Origin: Octopus vulgaris | Lineage: Eukaryota | Assembly: GCA_951406725.2 (NCBI GenBank) | Contig: OX597820.1 | Location: forward strand, 54,498,001-54,562,000 | Length of the DNA: 64,000 bases | Direction: 5' to 3' | In this document: one piece after another, positions 28,354 through 41,578 of the stretch | Position numbering within the stretch: the first letter of the stretch is position 1 | Layout: each line of letters opens with the position of its first letter | The notes under the pieces: generated by a model | Told to the model about the DNA's origin: nothing | Seen by the model: only the letters and a program-made list of their open reading frames with translations | Databases searched by the model: none | Translations under genes and position numbers: made by a program

Positions 28354-30375
28354 GTATGTAATAACAACTGCTGAATTTTTATTAAACTAATACTATTTTC
28401 AAACTCTACACACCAGACCAAACTCAGCTGATTTCATGACATTTTTCGTTCTCTAATATTTTAATCTATTCCAAGTCGATGTATTTTAAGCCTTTGATAT
28501 TTTTAATTCTTTTTACCTCATTCAGAGCACCAACTTAACTGATGTTTTCCATACTGATCGAGTCTCTAAGTAATTGAAATATGCTAATTATCATCCTTAT
28601 AATCATAGATTATTGTACATATTGCTAGTGTTGCTGCCAAATACGGTGAAGATACCTAATGAGATCAAAACATGCCCTGAGTTGTCTCCCTTACATACTA
28701 AAATAGTTGAAATAATATTAATCATTGAGTTACTTCTGTCTCTTCCTCACTCCATATTTTAATGAGTTTTTTATACTCACTGCTTTAAACATATTAATAC
28801 TAATAAATTTTAACACTAGCTTAAAAAAACGTTTAGACTGATCACATTTCTAGGTAGTGATATGTGCATATTATAGAAATAATGGTTCTGTCACCCCTAT
28901 TTTTTTCTGACACTAAACGATACCTAAAGAGGATTCAGTAAAGATTTCCAATTTTACTATTAAGGTTTTATAACCCATTAGCGCCCATGGCCCTTTTTTT
29001 TTAGGACCAGAAGGATAATCCATCATATTTCTGCAACACCTGTATTTTTCTGAGATATCTTTAGTTAGTCATCAAGACAGGAGTATCTTTCAAATATTGT
29101 AATAAAATTTTATATATATATTTAGTATCAGATAAGTTGTATAAAAAAAGATTTTTGGTAATAAATCAAATAAAAAAATTGGGGCACTTATGGGGTTTTA
29201 AGTTAAAAATTGGGAGTCGGTGTATGAAGTGAGAGTTTTTTTTTTTATTAGTTAGGGAGATTGAATAAAAAGCTACAGATTCCTTTCCATATTTGAATGT
29301 ATGGATGGATGGATGAAGAATAATGAATGGAAACTCACAAACTGCGAGTGCACGAACACACATATATACATAATACACTCTCTTTTTCTCTTCCCCTCTC
29401 TTTTTCTGTGTGTGTGTGTAAAAAACTGGACGAAAATGCACATTTGTTGTAATTACCTTACATTCCAACCGGTTTCCACTCTAAGAGTTCTTCAAAGGAA
29501 AATAAGAAAGGTAGATATAGTAATGAGAATATAGAGATGAAATTATTGCCAGTAATTGAAAAATGAGGATATCAGGTGATAAATAGATAGATAGATAGAT
29601 AGATACATACATACATACATACATACATACATACATACATACATACATACATACATAGATACATAGATAGATACATAGATAGATAGATAGACAACGCACG
29701 TGCTCACACAGGTAGATACACAGGTAGATACTCAGACAGACAGACAGACAAACAGACTGACTAACAAACAGACAGACAGACTGACAAACAGATAGACAAA
29801 CTGACAAACAGATAGACAGACTGACTGGCTGATAAATAAGAGACCTATGCACGACGCCATATTAATAACTTTTAAATGTTTTTATACCGCTGGTTTGTGT
29901 GGCAGAAATTAATGGTATAAGATTTAGCGGGAATGAAAGCGGAGATTTTGAAGGATTTAGCACAACATTCACAACAAATACTAAATTTGTAATTTATAAC
30001 GCACATTTACTTTCACCCTAACCTCGTTTCCATTTGTACATTAATGTTTGTTTACAACTAAATATAGCAAACTGTTTTGTCATTGCCAGATTTTAATCAG
30101 CGTTTTCAATGGGAAATATTTAGCAAACGTTGATTGTCTTGAATGATTTTGTTTTCAGTGATTAAATATATATGTATATATGTTATCCATTGTGTTAACT
30201 TAGAATGTATTGAAACGTGTCTATTGTTTCTTGTTCTTTTAAATGCGTCACCAAGATGAGTCACGACTATTCTACGTCGTATTGTGGTTTCGATATGAAC
30301 CGCGGTTAACCGAGTCAATAGGCAAATAAACTATCAAGCACAGAATGACATAAATCCCTAAGTAATATCAACAGC

Positions 30376-30440
<65 letters not shown>

Positions 30441-31443
30441 ATTAGTTCGTTCCTCTAAGCTGTAAGTTAACCCTGCATTACAATCTAATACACATAATTT
30501 GTACTGGTGGCCGACACGGTTACTTTTTAACTGCTCAGTCTATTTAGTAATAAGTAAACACAGTACGGGGTTGATGTTCTCTATATCGTATCTAGACACT
30601 TATAAATAACTCGGTTCACCTAATTGCTAGAAGGTATCACAAGTGTGTGACATAGTTGACAATCAGTGTACGCAACGGTACTGCTTAACTCTTAGAATTT
30701 AGTTCACCTAATTTTAAGTAGTTTTCCACGGTGTGGTATGTTCACTGTACCATGTCCGTGGGAATGACATTTACTTGTCAACAGTCGTCAACGAAAGCAC
30801 AGAATACTTGCTTCTCTGTACAAGTGTCCATGATCAAGATACTTCACTTTTAATAGAATTCGGTACATTTGGCTGCACCTAAGTACTGCACTATAATATA
30901 ATTCATAGTATTGCGCCAATGTTCTAACAAAACATTTAAATGTCACACACAACAAATAGAAGAGTAAAATAGACAAGTAGACATAAAGACAGGAATCTTT
31001 TAGGGATCCAAGGATCGAGGTGTAGGAAGAAAGTTAGCTTCAAGCAAACTGTATTAAATATAAAAAGCAATTTTCAGGGACAACAGTGGTTTATTGAAAC
31101 GGAAGGTTGTGGATTATTTTTCTTATCGAAGCACGATAAAATTTTAAAAAAGTTCTTTTTATATTTCACGGTAGGCAACCAGGGTTGCCAAGTATACGAA
31201 TGAGAATACAAGATTTAAGGAATGGAGTAGATAAGATCCCGGCTACATATGTTTCATAGCGAATGGAACATCTGAAGTGGTAAATATCCAAGCGAGGTGT
31301 ATACGGCAGGCTATTCTTCAGGCAAAGGATATCTTGTCAATCAAGATATCCATGGTTTGAAGAGTAATCTGCGGTATACACCGCGCTTAGATATTTACCA
31401 CTTCCGATGTTCCATTCGCTATGAAACATATGTAGCCGTTAAA

Positions 31444-31936
31444 TATAGAGATATTCTATTGACATTCAGTAATTTATTTGTATTACAATATTATATTAAA
31501 CCCTATGAATATAATATATAACGTAAAACATAACATAATATTGTATAAATAATTATGAAAACCGTAACAGTCCACAAATTGTTTCAGCTTATATATATGT
31601 TTTCTGATATACATAATCAGAGTTCAATTATGTCTATGCCACTTCAGGGTAGATCGTTTCAGAAAGACGAAATCCCGTCTGGAAAGGATGGTTGGATTGT
31701 AAAAAAAAGTTTCATAACCCAGACGATCTACCCTGAAGTGGCATAGACATAATTGAACTGTGATTATGTATATCAGAAAACATATATATAAGCTGAAACA
31801 ATTTGTGGACTTTTACGGTTTTCATAATTATTTATATAACGTTATATTATGTTTTAAGTTAGATATTATATTCATAGTATTTAATGTAACATTGTATTAT
31901 AAATAAATTATTGAATGTCAATAGAATATCTCTATA
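31444..31936. repeat. Long inverted repeat, 214-bp arms (31444-31657 / 31723-31936) with a 65-bp spacer
   Basis: Inner ~115 bp almost perfectly complementary. Arms carry a degenerate CUGAAG...GAAAC motif. Confidence 0.9.
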
Positions 31937-32115
31937 ATTAATTTTTCTTTATTATTGAATTATACCAATAGATAGACAGACAGACATCATACATATATAC
32001 ATGAATACGTTTACTCGTTATGAAGTTGTGATGACTTCCAGCCTATTTTGTTTGAATTGTCTTGTATTTGTTGTCCCCTTTCTCCTCTCTTTCCTCTTTC
32101 TTTTAAACCCAACAG

Positions 32116-32319
32116 GGGCAAGTTTGGCGAGGTGAAAATCTGTACAGAACGGCAAACAGGCCAAGAGTTTGCAGCCAAATTTGTGAGTGTCCGTGGAATG
32201 CAAGGTCGGAAAGATATCCGAAATGAGATAGAAATAATGAAAAGTCTTCGTCATCCCAGACTTCTGCAAATGTACGATGCTTACGAACGAAGAGATAAAT
32301 TTTGTCTCGTTTTAGAATT
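32116..32319 (+). CDS. MYLK: MLCK-like kinase exon, subdomains I-V (GKFGEV...AAKFV...NEIEIMKSLRHPRLLQMYDAY...LVLEL)
   Basis: Polypyrimidine tract plus cAG at 32114-15, donor GTAAGT at 32320. Contains GxGxFG, AxK and the alphaC Glu. Phase 2/2. Confidence 0.95.
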
Positions 32320-32358
32320 GTAAGTATTTAATTTTTGTCTACTTATATTTTGTTTATT

Positions 32359-32394
<36 letters not shown>

Positions 32395-32687
32395 TTGATA
32401 AATAGGGTAAGATTTATGATTAGTGTTAGGGTTAGGCTTAAAGCCATGTCTGAAGATATCCACATATTGGTTTCAAATTTTGGCCCAAGGCCAGCAAGGA
32501 GAAGATAAGTCGGTTACATCTACCCCAGTGTTCAACTGGAACTTATTTTATCGATCCAGAAAGGAAGAAAAGGAAAGTCGATCTCGGTGGCATTTGAACT
32601 CAGAACGTAAAAACGGACGAAATACCGCTAAGCATCTTGTTCACCCCCTTATGAAGATACACACACACACATACATTATATATACGT

Positions 32688-33022
32688 GAAGGCGCATGGC
32701 TCAGTGGTTAGAGCGTCGAGCTTACGATCGTGAGGTTGTGAGCTCGAATCCCGGACCGGGCTGCGTGTAGTGTTCTTGAGCAAGGCACTTTATTTCACGT
32801 TGCTCCAGTTCACTCAGCTGTAGAAATGAGTTGCGACGTCACTGGTGCCAAGCTGTATCGACCTTTGTCTTTCCCTTGGATAACACTGGTGACGTGGAGA
32901 TGGGAGGCTGGTATGCTTGGGCGACTGCTGGTCTTCCATAAACAACCTCGCCCGGACTTGTGTCTAGGAGGGTAACTTTCTAGGTGCAAGCCCATGGTCT
33001 GTGTCGTGACCGAAGGGGGTCT
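32688..33022 (+). mobile_element. tRNA-derived SINE family C, full length
   Basis: Head gaaggcgcatggctcagtggttagagcg...gagctcgaatccc, and core cttgagcaaggcacttt. Near-identical inverted copy at 45788-46121. Confidence 0.88.
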
Positions 33023-33028
33023 CCGATA

Positions 33029-33075
<47 letters not shown>

Positions 33076-33161
33076 CAAAGGGTAATCTGAAATAGAAAGT
33101 TCTATTACCACTGGCCTAGCGTGTAAAATTGTAGCCAATAGACTATATATTATTCATATAA

Positions 33162-33359
33162 ATACAGTATACATTTAAAGACATAAGAGGTATCCATCAT
33201 AGGACTACCTGCACGCTAGAGAGGACAGTTAAATTCCAAATCACTATTAGGGATAAAATTTCGAAGGGCCCTAATAATGGTGTAGAATTTAACTGTCCTC
33301 TCTAGCGTGCAAATAGTCCTATGATGGATACCTCTTATGTCTTTAAATGTATACTGTAT
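33162..33359. repeat. Inverted repeat with ~75-90-bp arms, next to (TA)n
   Basis: atacagtatacatttaaagacataagaggtatccatcataggacta... and its reverse complement ending at 33359. Confidence 0.88.
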
Positions 33360-33837
33360 ATACATACATACATATATATATATCCACAAAATATTATTTG
33401 AGATAATATATACAAAATCATTATTTGTATGAATACAAAAAATGATTTGGTTATATATGTCATGAGGAGTTAATTCATAAATAATTTGTAGCTGTATAGA
33501 TTTTTAAAAAATAACTTGAAACTCTTTATGAAGTTGAAAAATCCCAGGATCATCAAGGTTTTTTGTCATCTTTTAAGCACCCACGTTTCCAACGTATTAA
33601 ACACGAGTTCACAGAATTTCTGACGATGAGAGTGAACGCTAAATATCTGATCTCTCCAAGCGGAGATATAGCACGCAGGTCATTTCTATTTGAAAGAAAC
33701 CATTTTCCACCTTTTTAATCGTTGTACAATCTTCCCACGATATACATAGGCAAGAACGATAAACATTACTTTTGTTTACATCTTTCGTTCACACACACTC
33801 ATACACATCTACTATTTCTCTCTTTCTCTCTCTCTCC

Positions 33838-33878
<41 letters not shown>

Positions 33879-33971
33879 TCTCATTCACACATGCACTCAA
33901 ACACAGTATATGCTTTTATATGCTACTATTAGTTTCATGTGCTGAGAGCAAGCCAGATATTGTTTTTAACA

Positions 33972-34055
33972 GTGCCTGATGATTGTGCTAGGACACCAGA
34001 CATGTTAAAAAACACTGTCTGGCATGTTCACATGACATGAAACTAATAGTAGCAC
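33972..34055 (+). ncRNA. Hammerhead-like motif with extended stem II, inside inverted repeat 33904-34071
   Basis: gugc-CUGAUGA-[56 nt incl. ccagaca/ugucugg hairpin]-GAAAC-uaaua-GUA-gcac. The stem II closing pair is U-U. A related copy lies at ~46450-46600 (-). Confidence 0.55.
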
Positions 34056-34411
34056 ATAAAAGCATATATTGCGTTTATTAAATGATATTTATCTCTCACC
34101 AGATGGAGCACTTTTTTGTTGATCTTACCATCACAAAACAGTACACTATATATGCGTGTTTGTGTGTGTGTGTGTGTGTTATGTATGTATGTATATATAT
34201 GTATGTATGTATGTATACACACACACATATTTGTATGTTAGGGAAGGAGAGGAAAGTGTCATAGAATTGTCGAAATTACCTTCGGGAAACGTTCACCTGA
34301 CTAAATTCTGTTTATTGATAGTATATTACATTCGTCGATCGAAAATTATGTATGTTTAGACGTTCATTCTTTACTGTCCTCATAGATAAATATCTCGTTC
34401 AATGCTTTCAG

Positions 34412-34553
34412 GGTTTCTGGTGGAGAGCTATTTGAACGTGTCATCAATGAAGATTTCTATTTGACGGAGAGAGCCTGTGTGATTTTCCTCAGACAGATCT
34501 GTGAAGGAGTTGAATTCATACATTCGAAAAATATTTTACACCTGGATATGAAA
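34412..34553 (+). CDS. MYLK: MLCK-like kinase exon (VSGGELFERVINEDFYLTE...HLDMK)
   Basis: tttcAG acceptor at 34410-11, GTATGT donor at 34554. GGELFERV and the HLD(M/L)K catalytic loop are typical of the MLCK/DAPK/titin group. Phase 2/0. Confidence 0.95.
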
Positions 34554-37500
34554 GTATGTTTCTCATATTCTCACCCATATCCGCTCTCTCACTCTCTCTC
34601 TTTCTTTCTCTCTCCCTTCTTCTATCAGTCTTTCCCTTTCTCTTTTTACCCTCCACTCTTCTTGTCTTATCACTCCGTTTTCCTTTCTATGTATTTTTTT
34701 CATTTTCATTTTCAACATGTGATAAAGTGAATATGGAAGATAGCTATTTTCAGAAAAAGAGTCCCAGATTTTCTTTTCCGATATTATTACCTCAGTGGAA
34801 TAATAAAGGCTTCTATGAAATGATAGTTTACAGAAGGAGGAATCGAGATGATAAAGGACTAGATTTAATATAAATTAAATCTAGGCAGGCTTTCAACTCA
34901 TAAGAATTAGACACCAGTTGAAATACTGAAAAAACAAATGATAGCAACTATCTATCACCACGACCTCTCTGTTCTTGTGTACTTGAGTATATAACTAAAG
35001 TAATTTGAAGTGAGGTAGATGTAATGTTTAAATAACTTCCCTTGCTATGAGTACCGAAAAGGAATATCGCATTTCATGTCATTGCATTCAAATTATATCG
35101 TAAAAATATTCGTTCAAAATATAATCGCCATCACTGGCAATGACATTTTCCCGCCTCGAAACCATTTTTCTGATTCCTCGGGGGGAAAACGACAGGTTCT
35201 TTAGAAAGAGAAAAATGTTTGGAGTACCGTTTCAACACCGATCCGAATTTTTAATGTTTTCTACGGGTAAAGTGTTCAATTGACCTGAATAAGTGAAAAC
35301 CTGATAGATCTAAATCTGATTTGTATATGAATATACCTTTGTATATGAATATATCAAATGAATATATCTTTTCTTGAGTTAACTTTGCTGAATGTGGTCT
35401 TATATTATCATGTTGTAGGGTGAGATACCTACTCCCTTTCTCTATACATTTTCCCAGTTTGCTTGAGACAATCTTGCACAGTGGACCAAGGTTTGCTAAG
35501 TATAAGTTCCTGATACTTTGACCGGACGCTTTTGTAGTATAACGCCAGTCTCTTAGCGCGAAAATACTACGCTACTTTTCGCTATCCCTAATATGTGGCT
35601 AGTTTTATAAAGTCGGTGTGACTGACATTCAACTTTTACAGGCTGAACATTGGTTCTATTTCTGGGGGGAGATAGAATGGGGAGACACAGAACAAATTGG
35701 GAAGGGGAAAAGAGGTAGGTGTTTCGAGTGGGTTTGGTAGAGTTTGGTTGGTTTGATACATATGTAACTAATACAGAGAAGTAGAAAACGTCAAAGTAGT
35801 GATAGAAAAGGTCAAGAAAGAATACAGCACGTCTGCGTAATAAGTGTCACAGTATGTTAATGGTTTGAGTTTTGTCAGTCATTTGGATAGGTATTTTATA
35901 CAGTATGATATATCTGTCTGTGTAGCAATTGCTTTGGCTTAGACTTGTGGACAATGCTGCAAATGGAGAAATCGTGCATTTTATAGAGCTAGTTGCTGAA
36001 CATGGCCTACATGTTTTATAATCTGATACGGTTATCTGGTCTTTGGAGTGTTATTTGATTACATTATTGATATGTGTTCGTCATGATAGACGAAGAGGAA
36101 TTATGATGTCTAACTTTGCATGTTCATGAGTAAGATGTAGTGTTGTGTTTCCTTAGTATGCATGGTGAGTGACAACGTCTTGATATTTTTAAGTAATACG
36201 AACATATCACAACTTCATCGGAAAATATTTTCGAGGTGACTATTCACAGAAGTAAGGTATATTTAGCACAAAATGTTTAGGCTGTATGTGGATGGCATAT
36301 ATGAACTAAAGCTATTTTAAAAATGTAGGGAGGGAAAGGTGTTGGTGCAAAGAAGTATCTGCGTGTGTTACAAATTGCGTCAAATATATCGTTATGTAGT
36401 GAAAGGTAAAAGTGGGAGATATAATCGAAGACTTGGGACCATAAAATTCTATTAACTTTCTATAAAGTTCACATGAACCCCACAGTGAAATACTGCACCT
36501 ATACCTGAGCCGGCTCTACTACCCCACATACAAACAATATTGACTGCAACCAAATAAAAGCTATCTGGCTCATCGATGTGGTCGAATTTACTCACCAACA
36601 CACTCTAGCCCCTTGTCCCTAGAAGCATTTTCTATTCACTATGTTCTTCTACACGTCGATACTAGCTGGTATCATACCACTTCCGCCCTACACATTTATA
36701 TTTCTCATCACGAACACTACACACAATCCTTTCCACCCAGAACGCTTGACCTCTGGGATACTCTTCCCACCAACGTTTTTTTCCTCCCATAGTATATTTG
36801 TAGCTGTTCAGGTTCAGCATCGATCTGAACAGCCATGGAGGACCTACGAAGCTCAAGGATACAGATCTGGTCCTTCTTCCTGACTGATGCAATAAAAAAA
36901 AAAAAACAGGAGCCTTAACTATGTATGATGGCGTGATTTGAGGGGAAATATCCAATCGAAGGGATTGAAGCGGATGCTCTCTTTCTCTCTCTCACCCTCA
37001 CACACACACACACACTCTCTCTCTGTCTATCTATCTATCTATCTCTATCTATCTATCTATCCCGTCTGTCTATGTATCACGCTTCTTCATTTCTCCACAA
37101 ACCTTTATTCTTTATCTCCTCAGCATGCAGCATGCATCAACTAAATGTATTAAATAGCATCGTCTGCGTAATCATTATTTCCATCATCATCACCATCATC
37201 AACACCACTAATGTGATCAGCATCATGCATCATATTGCTGTAGTTGTTATTGCTATTATTCTATCAATACTACTACCATCATCATCACCATCATCATCAT
37301 GATCCTTATTGGCATCATCATCATCATCACCACCATCATCATCATCGTGATCACAATATAACACAGCTTCTCTGGTTCTCCCCTTCAATGTTCGTTCGGC
37401 TGAGTGTCATTGGCCAGAAAAATGGCTGACTGAATGGCGCCATGTTCAAGATTTGTTAGTATATATTTCTGCTGTTGACATACATTTCTGGTGCTGAGAA

Positions 37501-37808
37501 AAAGAAATAAGAAGATATGTATTGAGATAAACTATTAGACTTCATAAATGCCTCACGTGATCAGTAGCTCAACGCAGCCATTATACACGGGTATTTAAGT
37601 ATGACTAATACCACAAATACACACACTCACATATACACATACAGACAAACATACATACAGAAAAAAATGCACACATACACACACAGATATAGACACTTGC
37701 AAACATCACGCATATACACATACTCATACACACGCATAAAGAGACAGAGAGAAGTACGTACATATTCACTCACGTGATTATATATAGATATATGCATGTA
37801 TGTGTGTG

Positions 37809-37840
<32 letters not shown>

Positions 37841-37965
37841 CGTGTGTATGTATGCATATATATGCTTATGTACATATGTATCTATACGTCAGCGTATAAG
37901 TGTGTTTATATATGCGAGTATGTATGTGTGCGCCTCTATACATGTGTGTATGTATATGCATATAC

Positions 37966-38083
37966 ATATATATATGTATGTGTATATACATATCATCATC
38001 ATCATCATCATCATCGTTTAGCGTCCGTTTTCCGATGATGATGATGATGATGATGATATGTATATACACATACATATATATAT
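37966..38083. repeat. Perfect ~51-bp-arm hairpin with a 16-nt loop
   Basis: The flank plus (ATC)8 is mirrored exactly as (GAT)8 plus flank around tttagcgtccgttttc. Confidence 0.85.
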
Positions 38084-38253
38084 ATAAACATGTATGTATA
38101 TATATCTATGTATATATCTACAAAAGTATGTATACGCGTGTGAGCATGCATGTGCGTGCATATGTGTTGTGTGTGTATGTGTGCGTACGTGAGTGTGTGC
38201 GTTTGTGTGTGTGTGTGCGTGCGTGAGTGTGTGCGTGAACGCGTGTGTGTGTG

Positions 38254-38310
<57 letters not shown>

Positions 38311-38429
38311 GTAGAGACACACAGACTATTGTCAGCAGTTAGGATCTCATTCGGTTACTGTTTGTTTCGTGTAATGATGCAATAGTTACACAATACAACC
38401 ATTTAGTCAATGTCTTTATGTGTATATAC

Positions 38430-38497
<68 letters not shown>

Positions 38498-39619
38498 GAG
38501 TGTGTGTGTGCGCACACACATATATACATGCGCTTATATTCCCCGATAGCATCATTACTGCTTGATACCACTGAGTTTGTTGAAATGAGACCCTCCAAGA
38601 GCATTCCTGCTTAAAAACCTAACAAACAGGCTATTACGTTATACTATCAATTACTTACATGCATACATGCATGCACACATACATACACACACACACATAC
38701 ATACATACATACATACATACATACATACATACATACATACATACATACATACATACATGCAGTTAAACATACATATATACATATGTACGACACCAAAAAT
38801 AGCGCTGGTCACAATATTCTCACAGAACATAAGGATGGCGTTTGGTCAGGGTAAATGTTCATAAGAAACCTTATTGGCCATACTAGAAATATATATATCA
38901 ATGACCTGTTTATCCCCACTATTTTCAATGATGATTGCTGCAAGTATCACGCAGTAGACGGGGATGTTATATCCACTGGTGCTGTGAATAAAGATAGAGT
39001 ATCTGCATTGAATCAGAGTTATCCGCACTTAATCAGAGCTATTTGCATCCAGTCAGCCCATATCTCAAATGCCTTTTACAATGGCGATGCTGATACTAGC
39101 GTTTGAGATACCATACTCGAAAAAAACCGCAAATTGAATATTAATATTAGAAACATATGAACGAAAATTGGAATGGAGGGAGGCTATATGGTCATGCACT
39201 GTATCACTTGGATAACACTTATTAAAGGGAGAATTGAGTACAGTATACATGTACTCAACAGAGACAGATAATATCCATTACATAAGTGAGACTACATCTC
39301 TACACAGGCACCTTGAATATGTACGTACATTAACACACTTTTATATCATAAATCACTGGAATTGTCTTGACTCAAACAAAGAAGCCTTGTCATATAAATT
39401 CTTTAAAGAACTTAAACAAAACTCAGAGAAGAAACATACAAATATATTTATGCGTATGTGTGTATGAATGTGTGAGCATGTATATATGTGTGTGCGCGTG
39501 CAGATGTAAATGAAAGAAGACAATCCTCTCCCTCTCTCCCTCTGTCTCTCTCTGTTCTCTCTGTTTCTCTCCCTCCCTCTCTCTTTCTTTCTCTTTCTCT
39601 CTCTCTCTCTCTCTGTCTA

Positions 39620-39692
<73 letters not shown>

Positions 39693-39726
39693 AAATCAAA
39701 GTAAGCAACAGGATATAAAGTAGTAA

Positions 39727-39812
39727 TGCAGTACTACCGTTTCAAGCGGCTCCATTTAACTGACCGATGCAATCATTACATCAATTTAAATGCAGTTCTA
39801 TCTTCAGCTGCA
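39727..39812 (-). ncRNA. Type I hammerhead ribozyme motif with a long stem II insertion
   Basis: Minus strand reads ugcag-CUGAAGA-[57 nt folding as cauuuaa/uuaaaug plus auugauguaa/uugcaucggu]-GAAAC-ggua-GUA-cugca. Stem I is a perfect 5 bp. Confidence 0.7.
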
Positions 39813-40110
39813 CAAGTAAATAAATAGAATTTTAAGAAGTAGGACACATTAATACAATTTTTCGTAAATGTGTTTTAAGAAAAGTTATATTAGTGTGTCC
39901 TCTTTAAAATTTCAAGCGACTTCATTTAATTGGACAATGCAATCATCACATCAGTTTAAATGCACAAATAAATAAATGGAATTTTAAGAATTAGAACACA
40001 TTAATATAACTTTTCTTAAGAAAAATTGTATTAATGTGTCCTGCTTCTTAAAATTCCATTTATCTATTTGTGCAGCTGAAGATAGCACTGCATTTAAATT
40101 GATGAAATGA
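39741..40110. repeat. Composite direct plus inverted repeat (PLE-like pLTR rearrangement)
   Basis: 39741-39860 is repeated at 39911-40010. 39773-39863 is inverted at 40020-40110. Confidence 0.8.
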
Positions 40111-40700
40111 GTCTTGAATTTCTTTTCCGCTGGCGATTCTGGATGTTTCTATTCCACACTCTGCGTTTTCGATTCTGGCTCAAAGTAATGGATCCAGGTC
40201 TCATCTCCTGTGACTGTTCACTCCAAAAAAATCTTCGCCTCATCATTGTAGCGGTCGAGTAAGCGTTGTTCAGACATCCACATAATTACACTTATGCGCT
40301 TTGGTAAACTCTCTTGGCACCCATATCACACAGACTTTACGGAAGCGAATCTTGTCGTGAATAAATTCGTATAAAGAATCATGACTAACTTGCAGAAAAC
40401 ATACCACTTCATCGATAGTCACTCGCTGGTTCGCCAGAACCATCTCTCGAGTTAGATGAATTTTCGCGCCAGTATTGGAGACTGATCGGCGTTCTGCTTG
40501 CTATTCGTACTTTGGGCTTGTCTAACTATTTTCAAACTTCTCGATCCACTCATACACACTTCTAAGCAGTAGAACACTGCCCCCATATTGTACTGCAAGC
40601 CTGCGATGAATTTCAGCCTCTGACACACTTTCACACCAGAGAAGTCGGATCGTTGATCTTTTTTTTTTCTTTGCTACACACTGCCAGCGGAGCGACTACG
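40111..40700 (-). mobile_element. Decayed mariner transposase fragment
   Basis: Minus strand reads RFRKVCVIWVPREFT and VTGDETWIHYFEPESKTQS.E.KHPESP..KKFK. Confidence 0.85.
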
Positions 40701-41424
40701 TTTACTCTGTAACGCAAGAAGGGAAGCTGATGTAATTGAAATCAAACGTCGTTCACTTAACCACAAGAGTACCACAGTTTAGAACCTGGATGCAGGAGGC
40801 AGTGCGGCCATCCTAAATGGAATTTTGGTGAAAGTGCGGGTAACTTCTGTCTTGCCTTCGTGTTGTGTAAACAAATGTTTCAATACATATATATATATAT
40901 GTATGTCATCCATGCATACATAAATACCCGCAAAGAATCTAACCATAGATGTTAAACAAAACATAATTAAAAAAATACACAAACGGACACATAGATGTTT
41001 ATGCAGTCTTTGAGCACCCACCGAACTATCCCATAGCACCAATGCACACATTCCAAATCTACAAGAACTCTAACTTCAAAACATATACACATTTTTCCCA
41101 TACACAATTTTCGAGTAAAATTCTTATCGCTTTACAACCCTCTCGGAGATGGTGCTTTGGTGCCTAGGGTCTTAACTTTTAATTTAACCCATGCTCTGTT
41201 TGTTTCATCGTCCTTTTCATCGCAACCACAAACCGGATATCTTTTCACCTCCAGTAATAGAGAGCAATAGCCATATTTCATTCTATAACTGCCATCTGTG
41301 AAAAGTGCAGGGTTATATAATCGGCCTGTTACCTAACACTCCGTTGAACCCCGAGTGCGAAACCGATTGGTAAGATCGGCCGTAATGGATATATAATACT
41401 GTACACTTCGGTTAATGAATGTGT

Positions 41425-41471
<47 letters not shown>

Positions 41472-41539
41472 CTCATAGATTTAGAGATATAGGTATGCAT
41501 ACAGACACACATACACACATACATACATGCATACCTAGC

Positions 41540-41578
<39 letters not shown>

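Noticed and set aside
32688-32760. tRNA-like sequences at SINE heads (also 18053, 59354, 19005)
   Set aside because: They continue into SINE bodies and lack a proper acceptor stem, so they are not genuine tRNA genes.
34880-36870. Non-microsatellite intronic sequence that might hide extra exons or a nested gene
   Set aside because: No convincing ORF or splice-consistent exon was found. The flanking kinase exons join directly (HLDMK|PEN), so this is probably old repeat debris.
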